Virus record (IMG/VR): IMGVR_UViG_3300032282_005553
Coordinates: 1-64,000 of that record
Strand: one strand, 5' to 3'
Length of the DNA stretch: 64,000 bases
Source of the DNA: a virus
Positions 28,870-40,800 of the stretch are shown piece after piece; position 1 is the stretch's first letter; each line of letters begins with the position of its first letter. Under the pieces are notes generated by a model, which was given only the letters and a program-made list of their open reading frames with translations, did not search any database and was not told the origin of the DNA. Both the position numbers and the translations under genes were made by a program.

Positions 28870-29310
28870 ATGCCAGCCGCCGAATATAATTTTACTATAG
28901 AAAAAGGAACATCTTTTGTTATAGCATTTGAGTACAAAGACGATAGTCAAATACCCATCAATATGACTAATTGGTGCGCTAGAATACGTTGGATAGAGGA
29001 TCAATCATCTCCAATAATAAGAACCTTCTCTACCAACACTAGAAACTCAGACTATGAACTTACTATTGATCCATTGTTAGGTAAAGTAATACTCAAACTC
29101 AGCGCAGTTTTCACAGCAGCACTAGATTTCGGAACTGCGAAATATGATTTTGAGCTTCAAGAACCCAACGATTTGTACTCAAGCGGTGGCAAAAAAATAT
29201 TCAGAATATTACAAGGTTCAATATCTCTATTAGCTAGAAATGTTCCTGGTAATGACGCATTTGCCTGTGATACCGATGTACAAAACGATTGCGGGACTTG
29301 TAATCCATGA
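28870..29310 (+). CDS. beta-sandwich fibre adaptor protein (paralog of 13173..13577)
   Basis: YNFTIEKGTSF...INMTNWCARI...AKYDFELQEPNDLYSSGGK. Confidence 0.6.
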   Translation: MPAAEYNFTIEKGTSFVIAFEYKDDSQIPINMTNWCARIRWIEDQSSPIIRTFSTNTRNSDYELTIDPLLGKVILKLSAVFTAALDFGTAKYDFELQEPNDLYSSGGKKIFRILQGSISLLARNVPGNDAFACDTDVQNDCGTCNP

Positions 29311-32300
29311 CAATAGTAAATGTAATTGAAGAACAAAATCTAAGTAAATACTTAGTCATAACTCAACAAAAAGATCCTAGCACACTAATTACTACAAGAG
29401 TAGTGATTACGGATAATGCTAATAATAGGATAAATTTGGTAAATATAGAACGAGGAATTCAGGGTGATATTGGTCCTCAAGGATCACAAGGAATTCCAGG
29501 CAAAGACGGCATGATATTTGATGTTCTTCCTATAGCTAGTGGAGGAACCAATAATACAGTATTCAGTAATGACAAAATTGTTTATTTTGATGGCTTAAAA
29601 TTAACGAGTTCGATATACAGCGTTGATGAGCTTATCAATAGTCAAAATGCCATAACTGGTATTGTAACTGGGAGTGGACTGTCAAAGATAGATAATGGAA
29701 AAAATATCACGCTCAATACGAATTTGGGTGATGGGCTAACTTTATCTAATAATGCTATTGTAGTAGACGATACCATTGCTAGAAAATCAGAAATTTCATT
29801 GGGTACAGTTCTTCCTGGTGCTGTGCCAATCAATAAAGGTGGAACAAATAATACTAGTTTTTTTACCAATACTTTTGTTTATTTCGATGGAACAAAATTA
29901 ACTAGTTTTCCATTAGATACTGGTAGAATCGTTACAAGCGGATCAGTAATTAATATTGTTGCAGGATCTGGTTTAGTCGGTGGTGGTCAAGTATCTATTC
30001 CCGGCGGTTCTGTTGTTATAAACATTCCCAACTCCAGCGATATAGCAGTATTAGACAATATTATAGAACTGTCTACAACAGGCACAGCCGGGACATATAC
30101 TAAAGTTAGTACGGACACAAAGGGTAGAGTTGTTTCTGGAACACAATTAACTCAAGCAGATATTATTAGCGCACTCGGATATACTCCATGGAATCCTACG
30201 AATGACGGGCAAGATAGTGGTTTAGATGCTGATCTATTGGATGGTAAGCATGGCTCTTTTTATACTAATCTTAGTAACTTAACCGGAACAATAAGTACAG
30301 GAATACTTCCAAATATAGTGACGCCCGGTCTGTACTCTAAAGTTTCGGTCAATAGTAAAGGTCTAGTGCTGGGCGGATCATCAATCGATTCACAAGATGT
30401 TTATAATGCGTTGGGATACAGACCAGTATCAACAAGTGGCGACACAATTACAGGTAATCTTGATATTGATGGCAGCCTAAATGTTCAGAATAGCTTTACG
30501 CTAAAAGATAATTTACCAGAATTTGGATATAATAATTATAGTCTTTTTCCAAATGCTCCCAGAGGATTCAGCTTTACTTATGGTAATGTTGCTAGAAGAA
30601 CCGGTATTTTAGCATATTATCCAGATGATAATCAATTAAGATTAATTACAAATATATACGGAACAGGAATTACAGATCTCGACGGAAGCATAAGCAGTGA
30701 GACAAACTATAATGGCGATGTCGATGGCGGAGATGCTTCAAGTATTTATTTAATGGGTAATCTTGATGGAGATCAGGCAGTAGTTCTATTACAACACATA
30801 GCAGACACAAGGTATATTAGTTTAACTAAAGATCAAATAGTTAATGGTATAAAGTCATTCAATAACTACATCTCTGTAAAAAATTTCGTATTTATACAGA
30901 ATATGAATCAGGGCGGTCCACCACTATATGTGGATGGCAATTCTGTTTTAGTTGATAGTTTGAATGTTGATTTTCTAGACGGTGAACATGGAGCGTATTA
31001 TAGAAATGCAGCAAATATCACTGGATATCTAAATTACGCAACTGTTAATGTCACCCATATTAGTGGTACCAATACATACATTCCAAAATTTGACAATAGA
31101 ACACCCAATCCATCAAGAACAATCACAGATTCTATAGTATTCCAATCGGGAGATAATTTAATTGTTGTAGAAGATGGCTCTTTATCCATTGGTAAGACAA
31201 ATAAGATTTCCTCATCTGAATCTTTGGCCATAGGGTCAAGTAATAATATTACATCAGATAATTCTCTTGCTGCGGGATATAAGAATACTATTTCTGGAGA
31301 TAATAGTGTTGCTATTAATTATCAAACTATTACTAGAGCAGATAATTCATTTGCGATGGGAAAGCATGGAACAACATGGATTGAAAATCAATTAAGCATA
31401 GGAGCTTTTGAAGAGTTAAATCCTGTTGACCAAATATACAGAATAGGACATGGGCAACAATCAACCGCTGCTCTTGGTTACTATGGGGAGGCACAGTCTT
31501 ATACATCAATGTTTCCAAATATTACTGTGCCTAATAATAAAACAGTATTGTATAATTTGGATTTGTTATTTTCAAAATTTGGAAGTAGTGGAGTAGCTTC
31601 TTTTCGTTTTGCTAGCGGCATAATAAAAAATACTAATGGTATATTAACAAATATAAAATCACCAATTAAACAAGAATTATATAATAGCTCTCAAATAAGA
31701 GATTATCCATATAATATCAAAATAGATAGTAATGATATTAATAAAAATCAAACTCTATCTGTTACTCAGGTTCCCCTCAAATCTAATGTTCCTGAGATAC
31801 AGAATTTTCCAAAAGTTGTTAAGATCAAACCCAATCTATCAGAAATTAGTGGTCAATTCTTTAAGACTTTGGATGGTAATATACTTCTTAATATGTCCAC
31901 TCCAATTTTTAGTGGTTGGTTTACGCAGGGCTTTAACGATAAAGCTGTTTACATTAAAAGCTATGATCATGGTATGGTTCCTGGCGCATATGTTGATTTG
32001 CAATATATAGCTGGAATATCAGGTAATATTTATAAGCCCACCAGAGGGTTATCTATTAGTGGAGTGAAAGTAACACAAGTTATAGACAAGGATAATTTCG
32101 TTGTTTCGAGCCTCTCATACGAAGGAGTTCACGAACAGAGCGGAACAGTATTCATATCTTATGGAAACCTAATTTCGGATCCTAGTCAGCAAATTACATT
32201 AAGTGGTACGATAAATCAAGACTCTAATGTAATCAATAATCTATCTTATTTATCTGGTAATGTATTTATAAATGATTTATCTAATATTAAATCTAGTATA

Positions 32301-35300
32301 TTACCAAATATGCTTCTAAGAATTTTTAATGAGAATGTTGTTGGGACTCTTGATTCTTATCCGGTAAGAATTGTCTCCACAGGATATAATAATGGAAACT
32401 TTCAATTAATTATTGATAATTTGTATACTGGTATTACTACAAATACCTCATTTGGTCTATATGATTATCCAATTTTTGCATTGGAAAGCAGTCAAAAAGC
32501 ATTCTTTAATTCTGAACAGTTTAATACAGAAAACGCTTTTACTAATTTTACTCTGAATAGTAGTGGTATTAGATTTGATATTTTTGGATACGATAATCAA
32601 ACAAAACCAACTGGCAGATACGATATAACAGTAACTCCAGTAATTAATTATATAGATGAAACTAGCAAAACAAATTCAGGCACCATGTACTTGCATCACA
32701 AAAGATCTTATGATTGCTCGTACAAAAGAGAAAAGGCTATATTTGCTCCATATGATGTAAGCTATGTACATAATAAGTCAGATAATGGATTGAGTAATAT
32801 TAATTTTGCTGCTAATTCTGAGATAGATTTTTTAATTAATTATGATCCTTATGTACAATTCCTAGCTGCTACCAATTCTTTTAGTGGAATTTTAACCAGT
32901 GGATCAAACTTAATAATAAATTGCTATCCTACACAGGAATTTAATATTGTAACTGGCTTATTATTGCATGTGAATACTTCTAATTTTTACTATAGTGGCA
33001 TTGTTAATGATGTTAATGGAACAACACTAACAATGAATAACACATTCTCATTATGCTCTGGATCAACCGGGGTACTTGTTATTTACAGCGGCCAGATCCC
33101 ACCCTCTGCGAAATATACTAAATTATTCACAATATTGAATGGCTCTGGATATGTAGCACAAAGAGAGTTTTTAAGTCCAGATACTGGAATATATTTTACT
33201 GGAAATGCAAAAGTTTATTCTAATTACGGTTATGCTACTATCACTTCTCACACATTACTACCGTCTAAGACCAAAGAATATCCAGCAAATATAGCAGACG
33301 ATGAATTTGTATACATAGATTTTAAAACTAATAATACTGGATTAATTCCAATAGATAATACATATATTACTACGGGTTGCTCACCAAATACGTTCAAGAT
33401 AATTAGTAATCATCTTATGCCAGATAGTGGAATAGCGTGTACTGGATTCTCTTATGCTACTCTCGATAAAGATCATGGCTATTTAGCGCCTAACTCTAAT
33501 AGCATGTCTAATGTGCAACAACAGATTCCATTATTTTTTGATATCTATCCCACATATAGTGCAAAATCTGAATTATACACTTCATATTATCATAATAATA
33601 ATATCAATCGGAAGCCCAAAGATAACATACTATCAATTATTGGAGTAACAGGACATCAGATATTGGTAAATGATAATAGATATCAACTATTAAAAGAAAT
33701 AAATAGATCACCACTATATAATGATTATACCAAGTCATACTTCAATAAATACTATATTAACAATAAATATTATTTATATATTGATGCCTCTAAGAGATAT
33801 CTTGAGCCTAATGATAAAGTAATAATTAATAAAGCATTCAATATAGAAAATGGTTTTATAAATCCAAAAAATATTGATAATATGAAATTTAAGGTTGCTG
33901 ATTTTATAGATAATCAATATGTACTACAATTAATAGAAAATAATGATGAATTAATTTCTGGTGTTATTGATGACACATTGATCGGCAATAGTGGATATAT
34001 ATCATATCTAGGTTTTCAAGATGGATATGTAACTAGTCCCACAAATGGTTTTTATTTCCATTCATACGGAGATGGCTCAGAATCATGGAGAAGAGACGAT
34101 AGAGGAATATACATAAATCCACCTTTGACAGGATTTTTTAATATTTATAGTAGTCCAAAATTATGTAATAGTGGAACTCTTTGTATACATATTAGTGGTA
34201 TTAGTGATATATCTTATATTCCAGTAAATAAACAATTATTTTTTGACTTTATCGACACTGATCCTGTTTTGACAGGACTATATACAGTATATGATAAATT
34301 ATCAAACGATTTATTAACTATCAATATTCCATACGACTCTAGATATGTTAATAACAGCGGACTTGTTTATTTAATAGACGCATTAACTAATATTAAAACT
34401 GATAAAAATCTTAATATTAATAATGTATTTTTTCAATCATATATTTATGATGATATATTAGGCAACAAAAATTTATCATCTTTTAATTACTATAATAACA
34501 GATGGAAGCATGGCATTTTCTTAGATAATAGTGGGCTAGTCAGTCCTACTGGATATTTAAACACAACTATAGATGTTAGTCACGATGGATTACCCATAAT
34601 ATCAAAGACCAATGCTAATATTATTGTTATGAATCCTTTTGATATGTCATTCGACATATCTTATAGTGGTATTAATACCTCTAATTATGAGGATCTTGTT
34701 CCGGTATTAGGACAGTTGCCTTCTTTGACTACGGAAACTAATAGTTTGATATATTTTATGGTTAGCATAAAGGGAGGTGCTGGTAAATGGTCCAATACTA
34801 TTAATCAGTGTGCTCCTCTTGTTAATATTCTTGGATTAAAAGACTATAGTATAGTAAATAAAGAATTTGATGAAGCTAATCAAGAATGGAAAATTAAGAT
34901 ACAAGCATATGCGCCAAATGGTGTCGTAAATGCAAAAAATTTAAAATTTATTGTGTCGGATGAAAGCGATAGGCAGATCAAAGATATTATCTTATCAACC
35001 TCTGTTCCTTTTACAATTTCTAACATAGAACAGACAGAATATGCACAACAATTTTCTACAGTTCCGTGGAAAATATTTTGTGATGTTTATGGAGGTAATC
35101 CACCATACTATATTACTCTTCCCGGAGTAGATGTTTCTGATTATGATGTTTATCCCTTGAGTAATCCTGCTCCGTATAGTGATTTACCAGACCATTACAC
35201 GTACCTTATTAAGGGAACGGGATGGTATTCAACAACAGGAATAAATACGCAAAATATTGTAGTATCAGATTCAAGCTATAAAAATATTACTGGCATAGCT

Positions 35301-38300
35301 AGTTTCATGATAACAGACTATGATAAAACGTTTATTGTTAATCCAAGAATGTACAAGACTAATTTAGTAATTAATAAAAATAGTCCTGGAAATAATTATA
35401 TCACATTCCTCATACCTTGCAGAAATTCTCCTCCTCCAGGAACCACAAAAGTACAATTTACAAATACTCAAAATTTAACACTCAATAATATTGTATCTTC
35501 ATATTATTATAGTCTAGACGCATATAGATACTCTATAAAGGTTGATGTTGGCAATAGCACAGAAACAAATCTATACAACATTGGCATAACTGGCTCTATA
35601 ATTCAACCAATATTAAGAGAAGGTTTAAATGAAAATTTTGTGTTTAGTACCGGAGTATCTATAAATGTTTACCAGCCCGTAGCTGTTGATACATATAAGC
35701 TTGTTCAACCTGTACCATATGATATTGACTCTGTTTGGGCTTTAACTTTGGATATAGTAAATGGAGCATATTATAATTCTTCTGTATCTGGTAGACAGTT
35801 AAGGGCTTATCTTGGAAATACTCCTAATAATGGAAGATACGACAGCAATCCATTACAATATAAACTCGGATATTCATATGTAACTAATGAGGCGAGTCCT
35901 AGACACAGAGTTTCGTTTACTGGATTGTCTGATACTTTTAGTGTTAACAATACTACTACAGGAATACATGATTTGTACTATTATGTAGAAGATTTTACAA
36001 GCTATGCCACAGGAGTAATTAAAATACTAATGAATGGCGGAGTAGATCTGATCAATCTGCACGACAAAAAATATGCAACACCAAATAATGGATTTGATAT
36101 TAATTTTGACATAGAAGGTTTAACATACGGACCAGGAGAAAATTACTCTGCTCCTAGTATCATTAATAATGATTCATTAAAAAATGATCCTTTGATATCT
36201 TTTAATAGTAACTATGCTAAATATGATCCTCATATTAAAATTTGGGAATATTTTTATAATGGCTCACCTATACCTGACAAATGGAACTCGGAACTCTTGA
36301 TCTATAATGATATTCTGGACGTAAGAGTAAAAGGATTGTCAAATGATAAAATTTATGTTGCTGGCAAATTTGATACTGTAGAGACTGACAATGTAATAAT
36401 TGTAGAGAGACCATTCGGAATAAAAAGTGTATCACCAGCATCTATTGACGATAATCAAAAGACAGAAGGAGAAGCATGGGAGATAACAGTTGTTACTACG
36501 GGTGGACTAGAAGACCCATTTTATCCTCCATTAATTAAGCTAAGTAGTACGCCGCTAAATACTTGTACAGGGTATAATCCTGCGGACGCGCAAAATTCAC
36601 AAGAGTGTGTTGTTCCTCCATCCTGGAATGCAGCTTCTAAAGAATGGACTTTTAAATTTAACGGACCAAAATTATGCTTGATAGGAACATATAATGTAGA
36701 TATTGAAGCCAAGGATGTGATAGTCGGATCTATAAATAATGGACCTAAACAAATACTTCAGGTCAAAGGAACAGCATCTAGTGGAGCACCAATTTTTTAC
36801 AAAAGTGGAGAAGCACATCCTCCTCCGGAGTTAGACGATATCAAAAACAAAAACTTATTTCCTAACTGTTCTCCATTCTCGGAGTCTGCCGAATATCGCA
36901 GCAAGTCAAGAGAGGTATGTCCACAACCAACTGGCATAAGCGGAGTTATAGCATGGGGAGACTTACCCGCTGGTATACAGTTCAGTAATTCTAGAATTAA
37001 TTCTACAGCATATGTAGCTCCATATAATGATCTTACGCCAGGTATTATTTATTTTAATGGTACTCCAACAGAATTTGCCGATGGTGGCAAATATCCTTAT
37101 AAATTTTATGTTAATGCTGTTGATGCTGTTGGAAGATCAGGATCTCCTAAACTAATAGAATTTAACGACGCTAGTAAGCCAATAGAAATATCTCCTACAG
37201 ATTTAACTATATATTTTGATAAACCAGGATACCAATATACTCCCGAACTTGGCACAGAGATCATAGATGACGACAGTCAAAGGGTTCACAGACCACCAGC
37301 AGCAGAATTTTCTATGAAATGCTTGAGTAAGTTACCTCATAACAAGTGTGTTTATTCTAGTGGATCATACTCTAATGTTGTTATCCAAGATGGTATATTC
37401 TTTGGTATGGACATTACATCGCCACAAATATCAAAAATATTACAGAATAATAAAGTATATGTTACTTTTACGGGCATATTGAATAATGATCAAGGACAAC
37501 CAGCGTCGTTATTAAATGGATCATATACTGTTGATAGTATAAATCCAGCAAATGCTAGTATTAGAATTACTGGAATAAACAATAAAATGTACTTATTAAA
37601 TCTTACAGATCCAACTGGTGGAATAAATATAGTCAATATTACAGATAATAGAAAAAATAAAAGTTTATCAGATGTAATGAATGATTATTTTATTAATGAG
37701 TCGCAGCCCCTAACGACACAATTTAGTTTACCAGATGGAAGTACATCAGATGTAACAGGAATTATGGGCGATGGTAAACTTGGAACTATCGGACAAGATA
37801 CTCAAACGTATGGTATTTACGGAAGAATAAAGCCAATCGCATATACAACAAGTACAGGATACCCAGACAATACCAATGCAATTTTTGATAATGTAAACTT
37901 CCATATTATTCCAGGTCAAGAAAAATTTACTGAGCCATATGTTGTACAATTTAACAATTGCTATGAAACAGGATATCTAAGAGTTAGTGGAGTAATAATA
38001 CCAAAATTTTATATAGATATTACAGATCCTCCTCCGGGAACAGAGGGATCAAATCCAAGATATTTTACACAACCTAGTGATGATATCGGAACAGTTACAA
38101 GATCATCGTATGGAGATGACATAGCCTATAGAGGATCTGCTCAATCTAGCATAAATGCTAGAACTGTTCCAATAACCTATGTTGTAAAAGATCAAATTAA
38201 TAATCTTATTAAGATCAATGGAAGTTTGTCTGACGAAAGTATAGGACTGTATAATAAAACAATAACTATGTCAGAAAATGATAACGCATCTGTTTATTCA

Positions 38301-39629
38301 TTTTATGTAGAATATATCAACAACACTGTATTTCCAACATATAAACAAAATGTTATTCCGTCTGCTAGTGGCATAGCATATTGGATACATTCCAAAGATG
38401 GGGAATTTCCACCAGTATATCCAGTAGATAATTTTCAATTAATAATACCAACAGGACAGATATATAATAAGCAATTCACATTTATTGGAGGAAGATCAGA
38501 CGGGTCACCAAACTATTACAGCACTAATCTGCCTAGAGTCACAGGCTACATAGAACAAAAAAGGTTTAATACTTATTCTGGAACATACCATCAAGATCAA
38601 AATAGCTCGTCACTAAGACTATTATTTAGTGATCCTCCGAATTTAGAACTAAACGACGCAATCTATGTAGAATTTTTAACATCACAAAATCAGGTAAACT
38701 TTCTTCCTTCTGGTAGTGGTGTAATGATATCTTCTGTTTCGTCATCTCTATATACCATTAGCGACTTTATGACTAATAGTACAGTAGAAAAAAATGGTAC
38801 ATTTATTGCTAGAGACCTATATCAAATTTATGCTGATCCGACAGACAGCGACAATCTTAATATTAGATATAATAGTACAATTGATCCTCAAATATTCTCA
38901 ATAGGCACTGGCATAGATCTCATTGATAGCAGAGATAAGAGTAGATCATTATTAGGGAATATATTCAATATAGACTCATCTGTTGATATACCCAATACTG
39001 TAAATATTTCTGCTTTATCAGAATCCCCAGATCGTATTGCTACTATCTATAACGTATCTAGTGACTATTATTCAAATCTATTAGGAAGTAATTACACAGG
39101 TCTTTGCGATTTGAGAACAACAGTGTTTTATGAAAATCTTGCATTTACACGAAAGGTTAACGACTCTGCTAGTAATATAGGCACCACAACATATACTTTA
39201 ACAGGAATATTAAATAATCCATTTAATACATATACTTATAGAGTTATAACTTGCGATAATCTCTATTGGTCAAATATAGAAAACCGTAAAGTATACGGTA
39301 AAGATTTTGACTTGATCGTTACTGCTCCATTAACTATTATTCCAGAATCTAGTGGCATTATTGATTCAAATCCTAACATTAATGGTGGAATAGTTTGGAA
39401 TTTTTCATTCTCTGTAACCGGCGGATATATTCCGCGAGCTAATGACTTTTTAGAAATAGAGATTGATGATATGATTCATACATTCAATAGATCTGATACT
39501 GTTTATGAATCCGGGTTATATTCAATACTAACAACCAGACCGGGCATAAGTTGGACAGGTAGTACTTTTAATCTTAAAGTGTACGATAGCGTTAGTGTTG
39601 CTTCTGGTACTTTTGATATACCGAGCTAA
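29307..39629 (+). CDS. giant (3440 aa) fibre/adhesin protein
   Basis: Short GXY tract, GTYTKVSTDTKGRV and LDADLLDG fibre repeats, YadA-head-like SLAIGxxN repeats, Ig-like GGNPPY/GDLPAGI segments. Confidence 0.7.
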   Translation: MTIVNVIEEQNLSKYLVITQQKDPSTLITTRVVITDNANNRINLVNIERGIQGDIGPQGSQGIPGKDGMIFDVLPIASGGTNNTVFSNDKIVYFDGLKLTSSIYSVDELINSQNAITGIVTGSGLSKIDNGKNITLNTNLGDGLTLSNNAIVVDDTIARKSEISLGTVLPGAVPINKGGTNNTSFFTNTFVYFDGTKLTSFPLDTGRIVTSGSVINIVAGSGLVGGGQVSIPGGSVVINIPNSSDIAVLDNIIELSTTGTAGTYTKVSTDTKGRVVSGTQLTQADIISALGYTPWNPTNDGQDSGLDADLLDGKHGSFYTNLSNLTGTISTGILPNIVTPGLYSKVSVNSKGLVLGGSSIDSQDVYNALGYRPVSTSGDTITGNLDIDGSLNVQNSFTLKDNLPEFGYNNYSLFPNAPRGFSFTYGNVARRTGILAYYPDDNQLRLITNIYGTGITDLDGSISSETNYNGDVDGGDASSIYLMGNLDGDQAVVLLQHIADTRYISLTKDQIVNGIKSFNNYISVKNFVFIQNMNQGGPPLYVDGNSVLVDSLNVDFLDGEHGAYYRNAANITGYLNYATVNVTHISGTNTYIPKFDNRTPNPSRTITDSIVFQSGDNLIVVEDGSLSIGKTNKISSSESLAIGSSNNITSDNSLAAGYKNTISGDNSVAINYQTITRADNSFAMGKHGTTWIENQLSIGAFEELNPVDQIYRIGHGQQSTAALGYYGEAQSYTSMFPNITVPNNKTVLYNLDLLFSKFGSSGVASFRFASGIIKNTNGILTNIKSPIKQELYNSSQIRDYPYNIKIDSNDINKNQTLSVTQVPLKSNVPEIQNFPKVVKIKPNLSEISGQFFKTLDGNILLNMSTPIFSGWFTQGFNDKAVYIKSYDHGMVPGAYVDLQYIAGISGNIYKPTRGLSISGVKVTQVIDKDNFVVSSLSYEGVHEQSGTVFISYGNLISDPSQQITLSGTINQDSNVINNLSYLSGNVFINDLSNIKSSILPNMLLRIFNENVVGTLDSYPVRIVSTGYNNGNFQLIIDNLYTGITTNTSFGLYDYPIFALESSQKAFFNSEQFNTENAFTNFTLNSSGIRFDIFGYDNQTKPTGRYDITVTPVINYIDETSKTNSGTMYLHHKRSYDCSYKREKAIFAPYDVSYVHNKSDNGLSNINFAANSEIDFLINYDPYVQFLAATNSFSGILTSGSNLIINCYPTQEFNIVTGLLLHVNTSNFYYSGIVNDVNGTTLTMNNTFSLCSGSTGVLVIYSGQIPPSAKYTKLFTILNGSGYVAQREFLSPDTGIYFTGNAKVYSNYGYATITSHTLLPSKTKEYPANIADDEFVYIDFKTNNTGLIPIDNTYITTGCSPNTFKIISNHLMPDSGIACTGFSYATLDKDHGYLAPNSNSMSNVQQQIPLFFDIYPTYSAKSELYTSYYHNNNINRKPKDNILSIIGVTGHQILVNDNRYQLLKEINRSPLYNDYTKSYFNKYYINNKYYLYIDASKRYLEPNDKVIINKAFNIENGFINPKNIDNMKFKVADFIDNQYVLQLIENNDELISGVIDDTLIGNSGYISYLGFQDGYVTSPTNGFYFHSYGDGSESWRRDDRGIYINPPLTGFFNIYSSPKLCNSGTLCIHISGISDISYIPVNKQLFFDFIDTDPVLTGLYTVYDKLSNDLLTINIPYDSRYVNNSGLVYLIDALTNIKTDKNLNINNVFFQSYIYDDILGNKNLSSFNYYNNRWKHGIFLDNSGLVSPTGYLNTTIDVSHDGLPIISKTNANIIVMNPFDMSFDISYSGINTSNYEDLVPVLGQLPSLTTETNSLIYFMVSIKGGAGKWSNTINQCAPLVNILGLKDYSIVNKEFDEANQEWKIKIQAYAPNGVVNAKNLKFIVSDESDRQIKDIILSTSVPFTISNIEQTEYAQQFSTVPWKIFCDVYGGNPPYYITLPGVDVSDYDVYPLSNPAPYSDLPDHYTYLIKGTGWYSTTGINTQNIVVSDSSYKNITGIASFMITDYDKTFIVNPRMYKTNLVINKNSPGNNYITFLIPCRNSPPPGTTKVQFTNTQNLTLNNIVSSYYYSLDAYRYSIKVDVGNSTETNLYNIGITGSIIQPILREGLNENFVFSTGVSINVYQPVAVDTYKLVQPVPYDIDSVWALTLDIVNGAYYNSSVSGRQLRAYLGNTPNNGRYDSNPLQYKLGYSYVTNEASPRHRVSFTGLSDTFSVNNTTTGIHDLYYYVEDFTSYATGVIKILMNGGVDLINLHDKKYATPNNGFDINFDIEGLTYGPGENYSAPSIINNDSLKNDPLISFNSNYAKYDPHIKIWEYFYNGSPIPDKWNSELLIYNDILDVRVKGLSNDKIYVAGKFDTVETDNVIIVERPFGIKSVSPASIDDNQKTEGEAWEITVVTTGGLEDPFYPPLIKLSSTPLNTCTGYNPADAQNSQECVVPPSWNAASKEWTFKFNGPKLCLIGTYNVDIEAKDVIVGSINNGPKQILQVKGTASSGAPIFYKSGEAHPPPELDDIKNKNLFPNCSPFSESAEYRSKSREVCPQPTGISGVIAWGDLPAGIQFSNSRINSTAYVAPYNDLTPGIIYFNGTPTEFADGGKYPYKFYVNAVDAVGRSGSPKLIEFNDASKPIEISPTDLTIYFDKPGYQYTPELGTEIIDDDSQRVHRPPAAEFSMKCLSKLPHNKCVYSSGSYSNVVIQDGIFFGMDITSPQISKILQNNKVYVTFTGILNNDQGQPASLLNGSYTVDSINPANASIRITGINNKMYLLNLTDPTGGINIVNITDNRKNKSLSDVMNDYFINESQPLTTQFSLPDGSTSDVTGIMGDGKLGTIGQDTQTYGIYGRIKPIAYTTSTGYPDNTNAIFDNVNFHIIPGQEKFTEPYVVQFNNCYETGYLRVSGVIIPKFYIDITDPPPGTEGSNPRYFTQPSDDIGTVTRSSYGDDIAYRGSAQSSINARTVPITYVVKDQINNLIKINGSLSDESIGLYNKTITMSENDNASVYSFYVEYINNTVFPTYKQNVIPSASGIAYWIHSKDGEFPPVYPVDNFQLIIPTGQIYNKQFTFIGGRSDGSPNYYSTNLPRVTGYIEQKRFNTYSGTYHQDQNSSSLRLLFSDPPNLELNDAIYVEFLTSQNQVNFLPSGSGVMISSVSSSLYTISDFMTNSTVEKNGTFIARDLYQIYADPTDSDNLNIRYNSTIDPQIFSIGTGIDLIDSRDKSRSLLGNIFNIDSSVDIPNTVNISALSESPDRIATIYNVSSDYYSNLLGSNYTGLCDLRTTVFYENLAFTRKVNDSASNIGTTTYTLTGILNNPFNTYTYRVITCDNLYWSNIENRKVYGKDFDLIVTAPLTIIPESSGIIDSNPNINGGIVWNFSFSVTGGYIPRANDFLEIEIDDMIHTFNRSDTVYESGLYSILTTRPGISWTGSTFNLKVYDSVSVASGTFDIPS

Positions 39630-39640
39630 GGAACAATATC

Positions 39641-40789
39641 ATGGCTGACTTAATAATTAATACTCCTCCACAAAATATTTTAGTGATTAATGAATCAGTA
39701 GATGGTAGCAATAGTAGTGGTGTTATTAGTACTAATTTGCGTATAGATAATAATCTTGGTAATTATATTTCAATTATAACAGTTGATAGAGGTTTACCGG
39801 GATTACCCGGACCACCAGGCCCACCCGGACCACCTGGAACTGGTGAAAAAGGAGAAGTGGGACTAACCGGACCATCAGGATTACCCGGCAGTGGAATAAA
39901 TAAACTAACTATCAATGGTATCGAACTTACTGATATATCATCTTCTTTATCTTTGAATCCTTCTGGAACTATTCAAATAGCAAATGTCGGTAATTCCATT
40001 ACTATTGGTTCTCCGATTATCGATTACGCCCCTTCTGTTCATAATCACAATACAAATAATATTATCGGTTTAAAAGAACATATTCAAGATAATATTGGTG
40101 ATTCTATAAGTGGCTTATTAAAAAATGGTTCTAACATATCTTTAATTTATTATGATGATTTAAATACATTAACTATTAGTGTAACTGGATTGGTTATTAA
40201 TAAAGATGTTCAAGCATATAGTAGTGGTCTTACAAATATTGCATCCTTGAATATACAAGCTAATGATCTGATTTATGCAACAGGTAATAACAGATATAGT
40301 ACTACAAAAATAACCAATGTTGGTAGAGAAATTATCAGTAAAAACACTGTGGCACAACAACGAGATAGCTTAGAACTAACAAGCATGGCCACCAGTGACC
40401 CCGCAACTTTCCCAACGTTGTCTGGGAATAATGTCTTTACTGGGTCTTTTCAGTCGTTTTCTGATGGGTCATTAAGCCGATTTTCTGCATCAAATAAAGC
40501 CATAACTGCTGACTATTATACTATTTTACAAAGCGATAATGGTAAGGTGTTGGTCTTTGACTATAATAGTGTAGTTACTTGTACTGTGCCGAATAATATC
40601 AGTATTGGCTTTAATTGCTTGGTTGTTCAAATAGGAGATGGACAAGTTATTTTGCAGGGAGACCATTTGTCCAATAGGCTGGGTCATACAAAATTAGTTG
40701 GTAAATATTCTTTGGCTACTTTATTAAAGCCTATAGACGGAACCGTAATATTAAGTGGCGATACAACAAATAGAAGTAGCAGTTCATAA
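39641..40789 (+). CDS. collagen-repeat fibre protein
   Basis: GLPGLPGPPGPPGPPGTGEKGEVGLTGPSGLPG; HNH(N)TNNI segment. Confidence 0.7.
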   Translation: MADLIINTPPQNILVINESVDGSNSSGVISTNLRIDNNLGNYISIITVDRGLPGLPGPPGPPGPPGTGEKGEVGLTGPSGLPGSGINKLTINGIELTDISSSLSLNPSGTIQIANVGNSITIGSPIIDYAPSVHNHNTNNIIGLKEHIQDNIGDSISGLLKNGSNISLIYYDDLNTLTISVTGLVINKDVQAYSSGLTNIASLNIQANDLIYATGNNRYSTTKITNVGREIISKNTVAQQRDSLELTSMATSDPATFPTLSGNNVFTGSFQSFSDGSLSRFSASNKAITADYYTILQSDNGKVLVFDYNSVVTCTVPNNISIGFNCLVVQIGDGQVILQGDHLSNRLGHTKLVGKYSLATLLKPIDGTVILSGDTTNRSSSS

Positions 40790-40800
40790 TAGGAATAAAA

